Shown: one piece after another, positions 43,909 through 52,842 of the stretch
Numbering within the stretch: position 1 is the stretch's first letter
Layout: every line of letters starts with the position of its first letter
Origin: an uncultured archaeon
GTDB lineage: Archaea; Aenigmatarchaeota; Aenigmatarchaeia; QMZP01; QMZT01
Direction of reading: 5' to 3'
Length of the DNA: 64,000 nucleotides
Assembly (NCBI GenBank): GCA_964347025.1
Contig: CAYFWU010000004.1
Location: forward strand, 3,752 to 67,751
The notes under the pieces: model-generated
What the model saw: the letters and a program-made list of their open reading frames with translations, nothing else
Told to the model about the DNA's origin: nothing
The model's database searches: none
Made by a program: the position numbers and the translations under genes

Positions 43909-45147
43909 CTACGGTTTAAACCATTCTATTTCATAGTATTCATACTTGGATTTTGGAAGAACGATCTTTTTCAGTTCGTAGTACGTTATTGAGGTTTCAC
44001 GATCTGTTATCGAGAGCAAAAGATTAAGGCCTGTATCCTTCGCCTTCTTCAACATTGAGGCGAGCTCAACCCCTCCAATGTGCTCGTCTTCAGATACCGA
44101 TACTAACACGTATCTTGGTTTATCCTTAGGGGTCTCTCTCACCCACACCCCTTTTCCTTTCTTCCTCCTGTAAGTCATGAAGTCTCCCTGATAATCAATG
44201 TAATCCTTCTTTTTCAATTCAGGGATCCCTAAGATAAACGTTTTCTTCACCCCGTGCGCAACGCGAACCGCTCTCGACCACTCAGAGATCAACAGTTTCT
44301 GCTCTTTGGGAAAAACATGGAGAACGTGCTTGGAGTGAACCCATTCCCCTCCCCTCACAGGAGAAGCTCCGGGGAAGTAAATACGAAAATGAGAACCGAA
44401 TTTAAACCCTGTTTTCACAACGTAACCTTTCAATCTCCAGTCCTCGTATATCTCATACAACTGTTTGGCATACTCCCTTTTTTTAACAACTTCTTTTAAG
44501 ATTCCCTCTGGTTTCATCTTCTTCCCGGTCTCGTTGCTTATAACCTCCAAGCCGAAGTGTTTCGCAAGGAAAATGGTCTCGAAGAAATTCAGTTTCGATT
44601 GCTTCCCTCTTTCCTGCTTGTACACTCCGTATTGCCCTATCCAGTATTTATCAAAAAGTTCTTTCCCAACCTTGTCGTTGTCCAGTATCGAAAACAGGGA
44701 ATCAGGGTACCAGTAGGCCTTTGCCTTAAGTTTCTCAGGTTTTAATTTCTGGGAAGGGTATTTCTTGTACGTTTTCTTCGAATGCTTACCCTGGACGTTT
44801 TCATTGAACCTTCTTACCACGAGACCGCGATCCCTCCAGTCCCTGTAAGCGTTATACCTTATGAACAGTCTCGGTTCTTTACCAATGAAATGTTTGGCCA
44901 GCGAATTGAAGTCGATCTCCTTCCCCCTCTTGTCCAGAACTACCGCATTCCTGAACATTATCAAATACATTGCTTCTTCGGGAAGTAGCGAGATCTTCCC
45001 CCCTTTCTGATTTCCGAAGAAATCATTCGTTAGTTTTCCAACTATCTCTGCCTCTTCCGCCCATATCCCCTTCCTAGGATCGAATTTCAGCTCAAGCATA
45101 GTAATACCTTTACCAACGGAATATATAAAATTAAAAAAACCCTTCAA
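43909..45147 (-). CDS. endA: tRNA-splicing endonuclease, single-chain three-unit form (alphaN-alpha-betaC-like)
   Basis: 412 aa (alternative ATG at 45099). Residues ~17-115 form an N-domain-like unit ending in YRDWRDRGLVV. Residues ~150-330 form a full catalytic unit (YEDWRLKGYVVKTGFKFGSHFRIY...HSKH...AHGVKK, the Tyr/His/Lys triad). Residues ~350-412 form a C-domain-only unit (YVLVSVSED...LLLSITDRETSITYYELK). Confidence 0.75.
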   Translation of the reverse strand: MKGFFNFIYSVGKGITMLELKFDPRKGIWAEEAEIVGKLTNDFFGNQKGGKISLLPEEAMYLIMFRNAVVLDKRGKEIDFNSLAKHFIGKEPRLFIRYNAYRDWRDRGLVVRRFNENVQGKHSKKTYKKYPSQKLKPEKLKAKAYWYPDSLFSILDNDKVGKELFDKYWIGQYGVYKQERGKQSKLNFFETIFLAKHFGLEVISNETGKKMKPEGILKEVVKKREYAKQLYEIYEDWRLKGYVVKTGFKFGSHFRIYFPGASPVRGGEWVHSKHVLHVFPKEQKLLISEWSRAVRVAHGVKKTFILGIPELKKKDYIDYQGDFMTYRRKKGKGVWVRETPKDKPRYVLVSVSEDEHIGGVELASMLKKAKDTGLNLLLSITDRETSITYYELKKIVLPKSKYEYYEIEWFKP

Positions 45148-46021
45148 GTTCCTGTTTTATTATTTCCTCTACCGCATCGGCCTCGAATTCATCCCTCGCA
45201 ACAGTGACGCCGTCTATTACCACTGTTTTCTTCCCATCGTTGTAGTAGAACTGAACCTTTTTGCCGTTACATTTAAATCCACTCAAGAGTTCTCTTTCCA
45301 GACGCGAAGTCCAGATAGAATCAATGACTTCAATCCCAGCCAAATATTTCATGAATTTATCCGAACCTCTGGGCAAATGATGATTCACAGAACCTCCGCA
45401 TATTTTTTCTTTCTGACTTTTCTTTGAAGGCTCTATCAATGTCATAATTAATTTTTTGTATTTGCAGCAGAGTTGTTGGTATTTTTTATTCAAATCCTGA
45501 TCATCCCTATATTTTTTCAGACCCTGTAGGTCTCTTTTTAAATTTCTGATCTCCTTTTCAAGATTACTCTTCCTTATTTTCATGCCCCTAAAAGCCTTTT
45601 CCGATTTTTGCAAACTTTTTTCTAATCCGAGAATTTTATCCTTGAGCTCTTGTATTGAATTATTATATTGTAACTGTCTTTCTTGGTATTTTATGAGGTC
45701 ATCTTTATCCTTTAATTTTTTCAAAATCTTTGATTTCTCAGCAGAAAAATACGGATGCACACTTTTGATTTCTTCTGTAATATCCCTGGGCAAACCTACA
45801 GCCTCTCCCTCTAGAAAACCAATAAGATCTTCATGTTTTATCACCTTTGGAAATTTAGGAAATTTCCTGTTAGTTTTTGATTTACCCTCTCCGTAATTAA
45901 CATTCAAAATATAGTAACTGGATTTGGGGGATCTGAGGTATATTATTTTTCGTAAAAAAGGAGAAACTATTTCGACTTCTATTTCTTTATCAAAATCATT
46001 TATAGTATAAATCGTTTTCAT
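45131..46021 (-). CDS. hypothetical coiled-coil protein
   Basis: 296 aa with a central heptad-rich Lys/Glu region flanked by globular ends. Lies immediately upstream of endA on the same strand. Confidence 0.4.
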   Translation of the reverse strand: MKTIYTINDFDKEIEVEIVSPFLRKIIYLRSPKSSYYILNVNYGEGKSKTNRKFPKFPKVIKHEDLIGFLEGEAVGLPRDITEEIKSVHPYFSAEKSKILKKLKDKDDLIKYQERQLQYNNSIQELKDKILGLEKSLQKSEKAFRGMKIRKSNLEKEIRNLKRDLQGLKKYRDDQDLNKKYQQLCCKYKKLIMTLIEPSKKSQKEKICGGSVNHHLPRGSDKFMKYLAGIEVIDSIWTSRLERELLSGFKCNGKKVQFYYNDGKKTVVIDGVTVARDEFEADAVEEIIKQELEGFF

Positions 46022-46053
46022 ATCTAATTAGTAATAACCTAAATCTTAAATAT

Positions 46054-46632
46054 CTAATATCCTGCCAGATTTAAATTGAATTTTTTGGAATAATTTCCCA
46101 AAAGTCTTTTGAACTCTGCTCGTTCCCCATGAAAGAAATTGTAAAGCTTTCCACCACAGGGTCTGATCTCGTTTTCTTCATATTTCTTCATTTTCTTATT
46201 TTTTCCGGAGGCAAATCTGAGATCGGGAAATTTCAGATCAGAATTCTGATTGGGCATGTCCAGATTTATCCCGTAAAATTCCCTGTACTTCGTGCAGCCG
46301 GGGCAGCCACACCCGATTTTGTGTCCCCTCTCCCAGGGCGTCTTGATTTTTTCCTCTTCTCTACTTCTTTCAGCATACATATCCTTGCTCCTGGCAGTCT
46401 CTTTGGGCTCGTAGAGGTTTCGCAGCTCCTTTTTTATACTCTCTGCGTATTTCCTGAACTTTTCCTGATACTCTTTCAGATCATCAATGGATTCCGAATA
46501 CTCCTCATCCTCTTCTTCCCTGTCCTCTTCCTCATACTCGCTCGGGATTTCGAATTTCAGATCCTTTATTATCTCCCCTATCTCCTCGATCTCCTCCAGC
46601 AAAGAATCTATTTCCTTAGTGTTCATTCTCAC
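46054..46632 (-). CDS. hypothetical protein with acidic N-terminus and CGCPGC motif
   Basis: 192 aa. No family recognised. Confidence 0.4.
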   Translation of the reverse strand: MRMNTKEIDSLLEEIEEIGEIIKDLKFEIPSEYEEEDREEEDEEYSESIDDLKEYQEKFRKYAESIKKELRNLYEPKETARSKDMYAERSREEEKIKTPWERGHKIGCGCPGCTKYREFYGINLDMPNQNSDLKFPDLRFASGKNKKMKKYEENEIRPCGGKLYNFFHGERAEFKRLLGNYSKKFNLNLAGY

Positions 46633-46786
46633 CCCTTCTCTTTATGCCCTATTTTTTATACTTCTATACTATCTTAAAAAGCCTTAAATGCCCTATTTCT
46701 TCGTAAAGGTGCTTGAACTGTTTCCTGGAATGGCCAAAAATTGACCTAATTTTTTATATAAATATAATAGTACAAATATATAAATT

Positions 46787-47614
46787 ATGAAGATTCGCGA
46801 CCTTCTCAAGGGCAAGATCTCAGGTAAGGAAAAAGAATTCCTTAAGACTTCCTTCGATATAGTTGGTGATGTCGCTATCATAGAAATCCCGGAGGAACTT
46901 GAGAAAAAGGAGAAGGAGATAGCGAAAGCCTTAAAGAAGGTACACAAACATATAAAAACCGTTTGCAGGAAGATGAGTAAGAGGGAAGGAAAATACAGAT
47001 TAAGAAAATTTAAGATAATTTTAGGTTCAAAAACCGAAACCATCCATAAAGAACATGGCTGTAAATTCAAAATGGACATATCTAAAGTTTATTTCTCTCC
47101 GAGGGAATCCCAGGAAAGACAAAAGACTGCTGAAAAAATAAAATCCGGAGAAATTGTAATGGTAATGTTTGCAGGGATAGGTCCTTATCCGATAATCATA
47201 GCAAAGAAAAATAAAAATGTGAAAAAAATCTATGCAATTGAGATGAATTCAAAAGCCTTTGAATACATGAAAGAAAATATCAGAATAAATAAAGTTGGAG
47301 ATAAAGTTATTCCAATTTTAGGAAGCGTTGATGAAAAATGCCCGGAATATTTCGGAAAATGTGATCGAATTCTGATGCCTCTGCCAAAAGGATCTCATGA
47401 ATTTCTCTCTCTAGCGATAAATTGCTTAAAAAAAGGAAAGGGATGGATTCATTTTTACTACTGGGCACCTGAAGACGGTTTTAAAGAAGCTGAAGAAATG
47501 GTAAAAGGAACTGTTCGAAATTTAGGAAGGAAGGTAAAGAAAATCGAGATACGCAAGATCCTTCCCTACAAGCCTAAAGTCTGGAAAATATGCATGGATA
47601 TTGAGATTCGTTAG
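46787..47614 (+). CDS. trm5: tRNA (guanine37-N1)-methyltransferase Trm5 / Taw2-like (Met-10+ family)
   Basis: 275 aa. Has FDIVGDVAIIEIPEEL, HKEHGCKFKMDISKVYFSPRES and the SAM motif VMFAGIGPYPI. Confidence 0.75.
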   Translation: MKIRDLLKGKISGKEKEFLKTSFDIVGDVAIIEIPEELEKKEKEIAKALKKVHKHIKTVCRKMSKREGKYRLRKFKIILGSKTETIHKEHGCKFKMDISKVYFSPRESQERQKTAEKIKSGEIVMVMFAGIGPYPIIIAKKNKNVKKIYAIEMNSKAFEYMKENIRINKVGDKVIPILGSVDEKCPEYFGKCDRILMPLPKGSHEFLSLAINCLKKGKGWIHFYYWAPEDGFKEAEEMVKGTVRNLGRKVKKIEIRKILPYKPKVWKICMDIEIR

Positions 47615-47886
47615 ATCTTATCCAGGAATCTCAGTCTGTCCGCTGGTTCTGGTGCATGACTTGACCTTACCGCATGCTCTGAGGTAGGCATCCCTGGAGC
47701 AGGAACCCATTCCTCCTTTCTCTTTGCCTCGACATCCTCGGAAAAAACTCTTGAAAATCTCTCTCCGCACGATCTGCAAACATACGTGACTTTAAGAATA
47801 ACCTTTATCGGCGTTGTGTTTTCCAGAACCTTAACTACTTCCTCATCCGAAACGTACGATCCCCCACTACACTTCGGGCAGTTCAT
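47611..47886 (-). CDS. hypothetical zinc-ribbon protein
   Basis: Start at the ATG at 47886 (MNCPKCSGG...CRSCGERF). Two CxxC pairs. Confidence 0.4.
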   Translation of the reverse strand: MNCPKCSGGSYVSDEEVVKVLENTTPIKVILKVTYVCRSCGERFSRVFSEDVEAKRKEEWVPAPGMPTSEHAVRSSHAPEPADRLRFLDKI

Positions 47887-47924
47887 AAGAAAATATTGGC
47901 GAAGCACGTATAAATTTGTTAGAT

Positions 47925-48377
47925 TTAACGGGAGCTCACATAGATATGATCATCGTGACCTTCCTTTACCTTTGAATGCGACTTCCTGACCAAAGAACGA
48001 ATTTTTCCAGGAGTTATCTTTATATTATATCTTCTTTGAAACTCCAACGAGAGATTATCAGCTGTCTCGCCCTCCTTCACCTGAACCTCTGGCCTGTCGT
48101 CTATCCCAATAGGCTGCGAGATACCGCCGCCAGTTATAAGATGTTCGATCATTGAAAGGATAAATTGATCGTACTTGAACGGATTCCTGTAACATACTTC
48201 CCCGTTTTTTTCAATTTCATACGTTTTCAAAAACTCGCCGAGTTTATCTTCACCTATCTTGAACCTACCTTTTATGTCCTCATACACCCTGTTCCTTTTT
48301 AAAAACACCTCTGATTCGTACTCAGTCTCGCAGAGAACCTTGAATACCTCTCTCGCTAACTTCCTGTAATTAATCAT
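47925..48377 (-). CDS. hypothetical protein
   Basis: 150 aa. No motif recognised. Same strand and tight spacing with mcm. Confidence 0.35.
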   Translation of the reverse strand: MINYRKLAREVFKVLCETEYESEVFLKRNRVYEDIKGRFKIGEDKLGEFLKTYEIEKNGEVCYRNPFKYDQFILSMIEHLITGGGISQPIGIDDRPEVQVKEGETADNLSLEFQRRYNIKITPGKIRSLVRKSHSKVKEGHDDHIYVSSR

Positions 48378-48416
48378 ACCGCTCTTTATTCTTAAAGGAA
48401 AGTTTTAAAAAATGAT

Positions 48417-48773
48417 TTATTCCTCAATTAGATTCCCTAAAATTTCCCGTTTTACACCCCATGGAAGGCATTTGCCTTCAAGAAGAAAATGGTATATGTT
48501 TAACTTACCAATTTCCCTTCTCATTTCTTCCCTGTCGCCGTCGGATGCGGCCCTGCAGGCTTCTATTTTCTTGTTTTCATACACTATTCCCAGTGCGGCT
48601 TTACCCATTCTTAAAATTTTTGGTAGATTCATCTCCTCTAATGGAGCAAGGATTTTGTAGGCAGTTTTATGCATACTTCCTACATGTTTCATCCATTCTG
48701 AATAATATTTTTCTAAGTATTCTGATGTACTTCTCCCCCCGGAATATCCGAACATTGGTTGTACTCCACTCAT
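48417..48773 (-). CDS. hypothetical protein
   Basis: 118 aa. No motif recognised. Starts 26 nt downstream of the mcm stop. Confidence 0.35.
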   Translation of the reverse strand: MSGVQPMFGYSGGRSTSEYLEKYYSEWMKHVGSMHKTAYKILAPLEEMNLPKILRMGKAALGIVYENKKIEACRAASDGDREEMRREIGKLNIYHFLLEGKCLPWGVKREILGNLIEE

Positions 48774-48798
48774 AGGAAATAAATAGAAGCAAAATCTT

Positions 48799-50787
48799 TT
48801 AAACCTTTTGCACGTAACCCGGATTCGGCTCGAAAAGAAGGCCTTCTCTCTTTAGTTTCTCTATTATATCATCAACCTCCTCCACCCCTTCTTTCCTAGC
48901 GAGTTTCTGGATCTCGGAGATAGAAATCTCCTTGGTCTTCTCAGACAGGTCGTTTATTATGTCCATTACCATCCGGATTCTCGACCTCTCGCTGGAGCTC
49001 ACCGATGCCCCTTCCGCTCTGTCTATGTCTATCTGACCAGTTTCTGTATCGAATCCCAGCTGTGTAAGTGAGAACCTCATCAACCTGATCGCTCGCTGCG
49101 CGTCCTCCTTCCTTATCTCATTGTTTAACTGTATTCGGGCGGAGGCCTCTGCCAGACGGATGAGCGCCTCGAACTGACGGAGCGTGATAGGGATCGGACC
49201 GGCTCCACCCTCTGCTCGTTTTCTCATGTTTATGTAGAACCTTCTCATAATCTTCCCCGCCTCAGGCGTTAGGGTTGGCTCGCAATTCTGTTTGGTGTAA
49301 GCTATGTACTTCCTTATCAGTTCCTGATTTATCTTTGGTTTTGACCCTTCGAAATCTTCTTCCCTTGTCTTCAGAACGTGATCAACTATTTTCTTGTCCA
49401 TCTCCGCCTGGGGGACGTCCCTCAGAGCGAACTTCAAATCAAACCTCGTGAGCAGGGTATCGGGGATGGTTATCTGCTTCGCTATTGGCATGTAAGGATC
49501 GAACCTTGAAAACTTCGGGTTACCTCCTGCGAGAACAGAGGTCTGAGCAGGCAAGGTCGCAACGATAGAGGCCTTTGCGATAGAAATACTCCCCTGCTCG
49601 AGCGCCTCGTGCATTGCTATCTGATCGTCCGATGTCATCTTCTCAAACTCGTCTATTGCGAGCAACCCCTTGTTCGTTAACACCAACGCTCCTGCTTCCA
49701 GAACCCATCCTCCCATGAACTGCTCATCCTTCGTAACGGTTGCCGTCAATCCTGCTCCTGTCACTCCCTTCCCGCTCACGTACTTCCCTCTAGGAACGAT
49801 CTGCGGAACGAGTTTCATGAGCTGGGATTTCCCCGAAGAGGGATCCCCTATCAATAGTATGTGTACATCTCCTCGGAAGTGCGTCCCGTCCTTCAACGTC
49901 CTATGAACGCCTCCGAACAACTGGAGGATTATGGATTCCTTTATTTCCTTCATCCCGTAGAGCGATGGAGCGAGGGAATCAACAAGTTTATCATAAATTA
50001 ACGGATCTTTCGTCATCTTTTTTATCTCCTTCTCGTCCTCTTTGGTTATTTCCAGGTGTTGCAAACCTATCTCCACAGGTTCAACAAAATTTGAGTCAAG
50101 ATAAAAATCCAGTTTGACTGAAAAATATTTTCCTTTTGGGATCTCCCTCAGAATTCCCGTGATCTTTATCCTGTTCCCTGGATCCGTTAATCTCCTTCCT
50201 TCAGGCGAAACCAGATCCTCTGTAAGCAGGATGTTCAGCTGGGAAGGTCTCTCTCCCTCTGTCAGTTCGAACGGTTCATCTATCGTTATCCACCTTGTAT
50301 CAATCATTTTCCTGTCAACCTGCTTCAGTCCCTGCTTATTCCCGCAATTCGTACACTGCATTGGCTTAAAAATAACATTGGTTTTCCTTGGCTGCACTAT
50401 CTTCTCGTTGCAATCAGGACATTCCCATATGGTTTCTATAATTTCCGGGCGTATCTCACTGGCCCTCCTTACAACCCCTTCCACACAGCTGAATTTTCCG
50501 ATATGCCTCGATCTCAGATCCCTTATGTTGGTCAGGTCAATCCCCTTAACCTTCAGTTTCACGGGATTCGGGAGCTCGATCTGATCCAACGACTCATACG
50601 CTATGCCAAAAAACCTTTCAGGGTCCTTCAAGAGAAGATCGGACAGATCAGGATCATAAAGTTTTGAGAATTCAATCACCAAGGGTCTCCCCTCATTGGA
50701 GGCCTTCATGAGCTCTTTCTTATACACCTTCTCCAGGAATTCATTGAATTTCGCCACCAACTCCTCATGCTTATGCTTTTTCGCCAT
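48799..50787 (-). CDS. mcm: MCM replicative helicase
   Basis: 662 aa. Has a zinc motif (CPDC...CTNC), Walker A GDPSSGKSQ, Walker B LLAIDEFEKM, an arginine-finger region SRFDL and a C-terminal wHTH. Confidence 0.9.
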   Translation of the reverse strand: MAKKHKHEELVAKFNEFLEKVYKKELMKASNEGRPLVIEFSKLYDPDLSDLLLKDPERFFGIAYESLDQIELPNPVKLKVKGIDLTNIRDLRSRHIGKFSCVEGVVRRASEIRPEIIETIWECPDCNEKIVQPRKTNVIFKPMQCTNCGNKQGLKQVDRKMIDTRWITIDEPFELTEGERPSQLNILLTEDLVSPEGRRLTDPGNRIKITGILREIPKGKYFSVKLDFYLDSNFVEPVEIGLQHLEITKEDEKEIKKMTKDPLIYDKLVDSLAPSLYGMKEIKESIILQLFGGVHRTLKDGTHFRGDVHILLIGDPSSGKSQLMKLVPQIVPRGKYVSGKGVTGAGLTATVTKDEQFMGGWVLEAGALVLTNKGLLAIDEFEKMTSDDQIAMHEALEQGSISIAKASIVATLPAQTSVLAGGNPKFSRFDPYMPIAKQITIPDTLLTRFDLKFALRDVPQAEMDKKIVDHVLKTREEDFEGSKPKINQELIRKYIAYTKQNCEPTLTPEAGKIMRRFYINMRKRAEGGAGPIPITLRQFEALIRLAEASARIQLNNEIRKEDAQRAIRLMRFSLTQLGFDTETGQIDIDRAEGASVSSSERSRIRMVMDIINDLSEKTKEISISEIQKLARKEGVEEVDDIIEKLKREGLLFEPNPGYVQKV

Positions 50788-50870
50788 ACTTTCCCTTCCA
50801 ACCTTTAGATTTAAAAAGCGAGTAATAAAAAATTGGAACCAAGCTTAAAATTCTTTTTGGTTTAAGATGA

Positions 50871-51650
50871 TCAGTAATAATACATCTGATCCTTGTCCGA
50901 TTTAGGGCTTATTACGATCTTCTTGACCGATAGACCGCCATCATCAGTTCTTTCAGCCTTTATCTTCCAGTTCCATGGCTTTTCTTTCAGAAGATGATCG
51001 CACTTTATGCCGATGTCAGCAAACATAGGGATTTTGTTCCTGATGCAGTCCATAGCGAATGTTGTGTCATCCCAGATAGGGGCATTCAGCTCGTTCCTGA
51101 ATTTTATCCTTTGCAGGACACTCCTGTGGATTAACAAACACCCTGTCCCGTTCAGACCGACTCTCACCAATCTTGGGGTTTTCATTTCCTCCTCTGTCAG
51201 TGGCCTGACCAGATTATCCTCTTCAAAGGTATCCTCGTTCGCAGGGACCCTTATGACAGAGATAGGTTTCCCTTCGGGAGTGATGTTGTAGTAAACACCC
51301 GATACCACCTTCTTTTGGTGTTTGAGAAGGTCTTCAAGCACGGTTTTAGGAGGAATTACATCCTGATCCGCGCAATACATGTAATCGTAACATCCCTTGA
51401 TAACTTTCTCCCTTATCATGTTCCTGCATTTAACGAGCCTGACCCTGGGATCATCAATGAACTCGATCCTCTCCACGGGAATCCCCATTCCCTTGACTTT
51501 ATTAAAAAACCTATCCTCCTTTGAATTGTCCACCAGGAAGATATCATAGCTCGGATACGTTAGGTTACGAATACTTTCAATGAAGCGATCAAAACAGTAT
51601 TCCATCAGATCCGTTACAGGGGCGCCAACCAGTATTTTCGGATGCTTCAT
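50871..51650 (-). CDS. glycosyltransferase (GT-A fold, family 2-like)
   Basis: 259 aa. ILVGAPVTD...YPSYDIFLVDNSKED and a later DQD motif suggest a GT-A nucleotide-sugar transferase. Confidence 0.55.
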   Translation of the reverse strand: MKHPKILVGAPVTDLMEYCFDRFIESIRNLTYPSYDIFLVDNSKEDRFFNKVKGMGIPVERIEFIDDPRVRLVKCRNMIREKVIKGCYDYMYCADQDVIPPKTVLEDLLKHQKKVVSGVYYNITPEGKPISVIRVPANEDTFEEDNLVRPLTEEEMKTPRLVRVGLNGTGCLLIHRSVLQRIKFRNELNAPIWDDTTFAMDCIRNKIPMFADIGIKCDHLLKEKPWNWKIKAERTDDGGLSVKKIVISPKSDKDQMYYY

Positions 51651-51683
51651 ACCTATAATTTTTAATTTAATTTAAAAAACAAA

Positions 51684-51819
51684 TGGGCCGGGCAGGATTC
51701 CCAACGACCTTTTGGGTGGCGAGCCTTTTTTGACTCGCGGAAGCGTCTGGAAAAGGTTCGCATTGAACCTGCGACCTTCGCGTTGTAAGCGCGACGTCAT
51801 ACCACTAGACCACCGGCCC
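51684..51819 (-). tRNA. tRNA-Val (anticodon UAC) with a 64-nt insertion in the T-loop
   Basis: Minus strand: GGGCCGG-TG-GTCT-AGTGGTA-TGAC-G-TCGCG-CTTACAA-CGCGA-AGGTC-GCAGG-TTCAA[..64 nt..]AT-CCTGC-CCGGCCC-A. The junction is ambiguous by 2 nt. Confidence 0.75.
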
Positions 51820-52251
51820 GGCTTATTCTAATTTGTTTCAATGTATTTATTAATTTTCAGAACCGGTAAAACTTTGAATTTTCAACAATTTTTGGCCATT
51901 TTCCGGCAATAAACCGATATGCTGAAACCCAAAAATAAAGTATTTAAGCACGTTCGTACATTATACAATCGAATACAGATTTTTGCCATCTTAAAACCCT
52001 TTGAAAGGAGGGAGGTCTACATGGCCAAGAAGAAGAAAGCAAAAAAGAAGAAATAATTTAAAGGTTTAAATTAGTCGGCAAATGGAAAACCGTTTCTTTG
52101 TTTGTTTTTGAAAACGCATGGTTGGGAATCCGGAATATGCAAAAGGGAGGTTGTGTATGTTCAGGCTAGAAGAGGATGAAGACTATGAAGAAGATGAAGA
52201 AGAAGACTTATGATTATCAGTAAATCCTTTATTTTTCATTTTTCTTATTTT

Positions 52252-52842
52252 TTATCCCTTGAAATCCAGACCCATTTTAAACGCTTTGAGATTCTTTTCC
52301 AGCCCTCTCGGGACCACTTCCTTTAAAGATTTCAGAATATGTTTTTTGCTTATAGGGAGCATGTCGTTCGCCAGCGCGACTCCTATGCACATCACGTTTC
52401 CAAATATCGGGTTTCCTAACTTTTCATAACAAATGTTAGAGGCGTCAACCATTATGATCTTTTTGGCAAAGGGCTCGATCATCTTCCTTACTTTCTCATT
52501 CGAAGGATAGGTCTGTCCGAGAAGGTTGGCATAAACAGGCTTCAGGGGATACGTGTCTACTATGAAATTCGTTCTATCCTTGCCCCCGTGAAAACATGCT
52601 CTCGCCGCCTCAATGGGCTCGAGTCCAAGTATCAAATCCGCGGATGCTCTGGGTATAATGGGAGAATAAACCTTCTTTCCCAACCTCAAATGAGTCGGAA
52701 TTGATCCTCCCCTCTGAGCAAGACCATGAAGCTGGGTTCCCCTCACCTCGTAGCCATCCATGTTCGCCGCCCTTGCGACAATAACTGAAGTAACGAGAAC
52801 TCCTTCTCCTCCCACGCCCGTTAGCAATATATTGTACGTCAT
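52252..52842 (-). CDS. iorB: indolepyruvate:ferredoxin oxidoreductase, beta subunit
   Basis: 196 aa. ILLTGVGGEGVLVTS is typical of IorB. There is a 4-nt overlap with iorA. Confidence 0.8.
   Translation of the reverse strand: MTYNILLTGVGGEGVLVTSVIVARAANMDGYEVRGTQLHGLAQRGGSIPTHLRLGKKVYSPIIPRASADLILGLEPIEAARACFHGGKDRTNFIVDTYPLKPVYANLLGQTYPSNEKVRKMIEPFAKKIIMVDASNICYEKLGNPIFGNVMCIGVALANDMLPISKKHILKSLKEVVPRGLEKNLKAFKMGLDFKG

Noticed and set aside
46129-46677. 182-aa plus-strand ORF
   Set aside because: It is antisense to the 192-aa gene (46054-46632), and its hydrophobic low-complexity translation mirrors the acidic tail of that gene. However, neither ORF has a known family, so the strand choice rests on the better start context and charge pattern of the minus-strand ORF.
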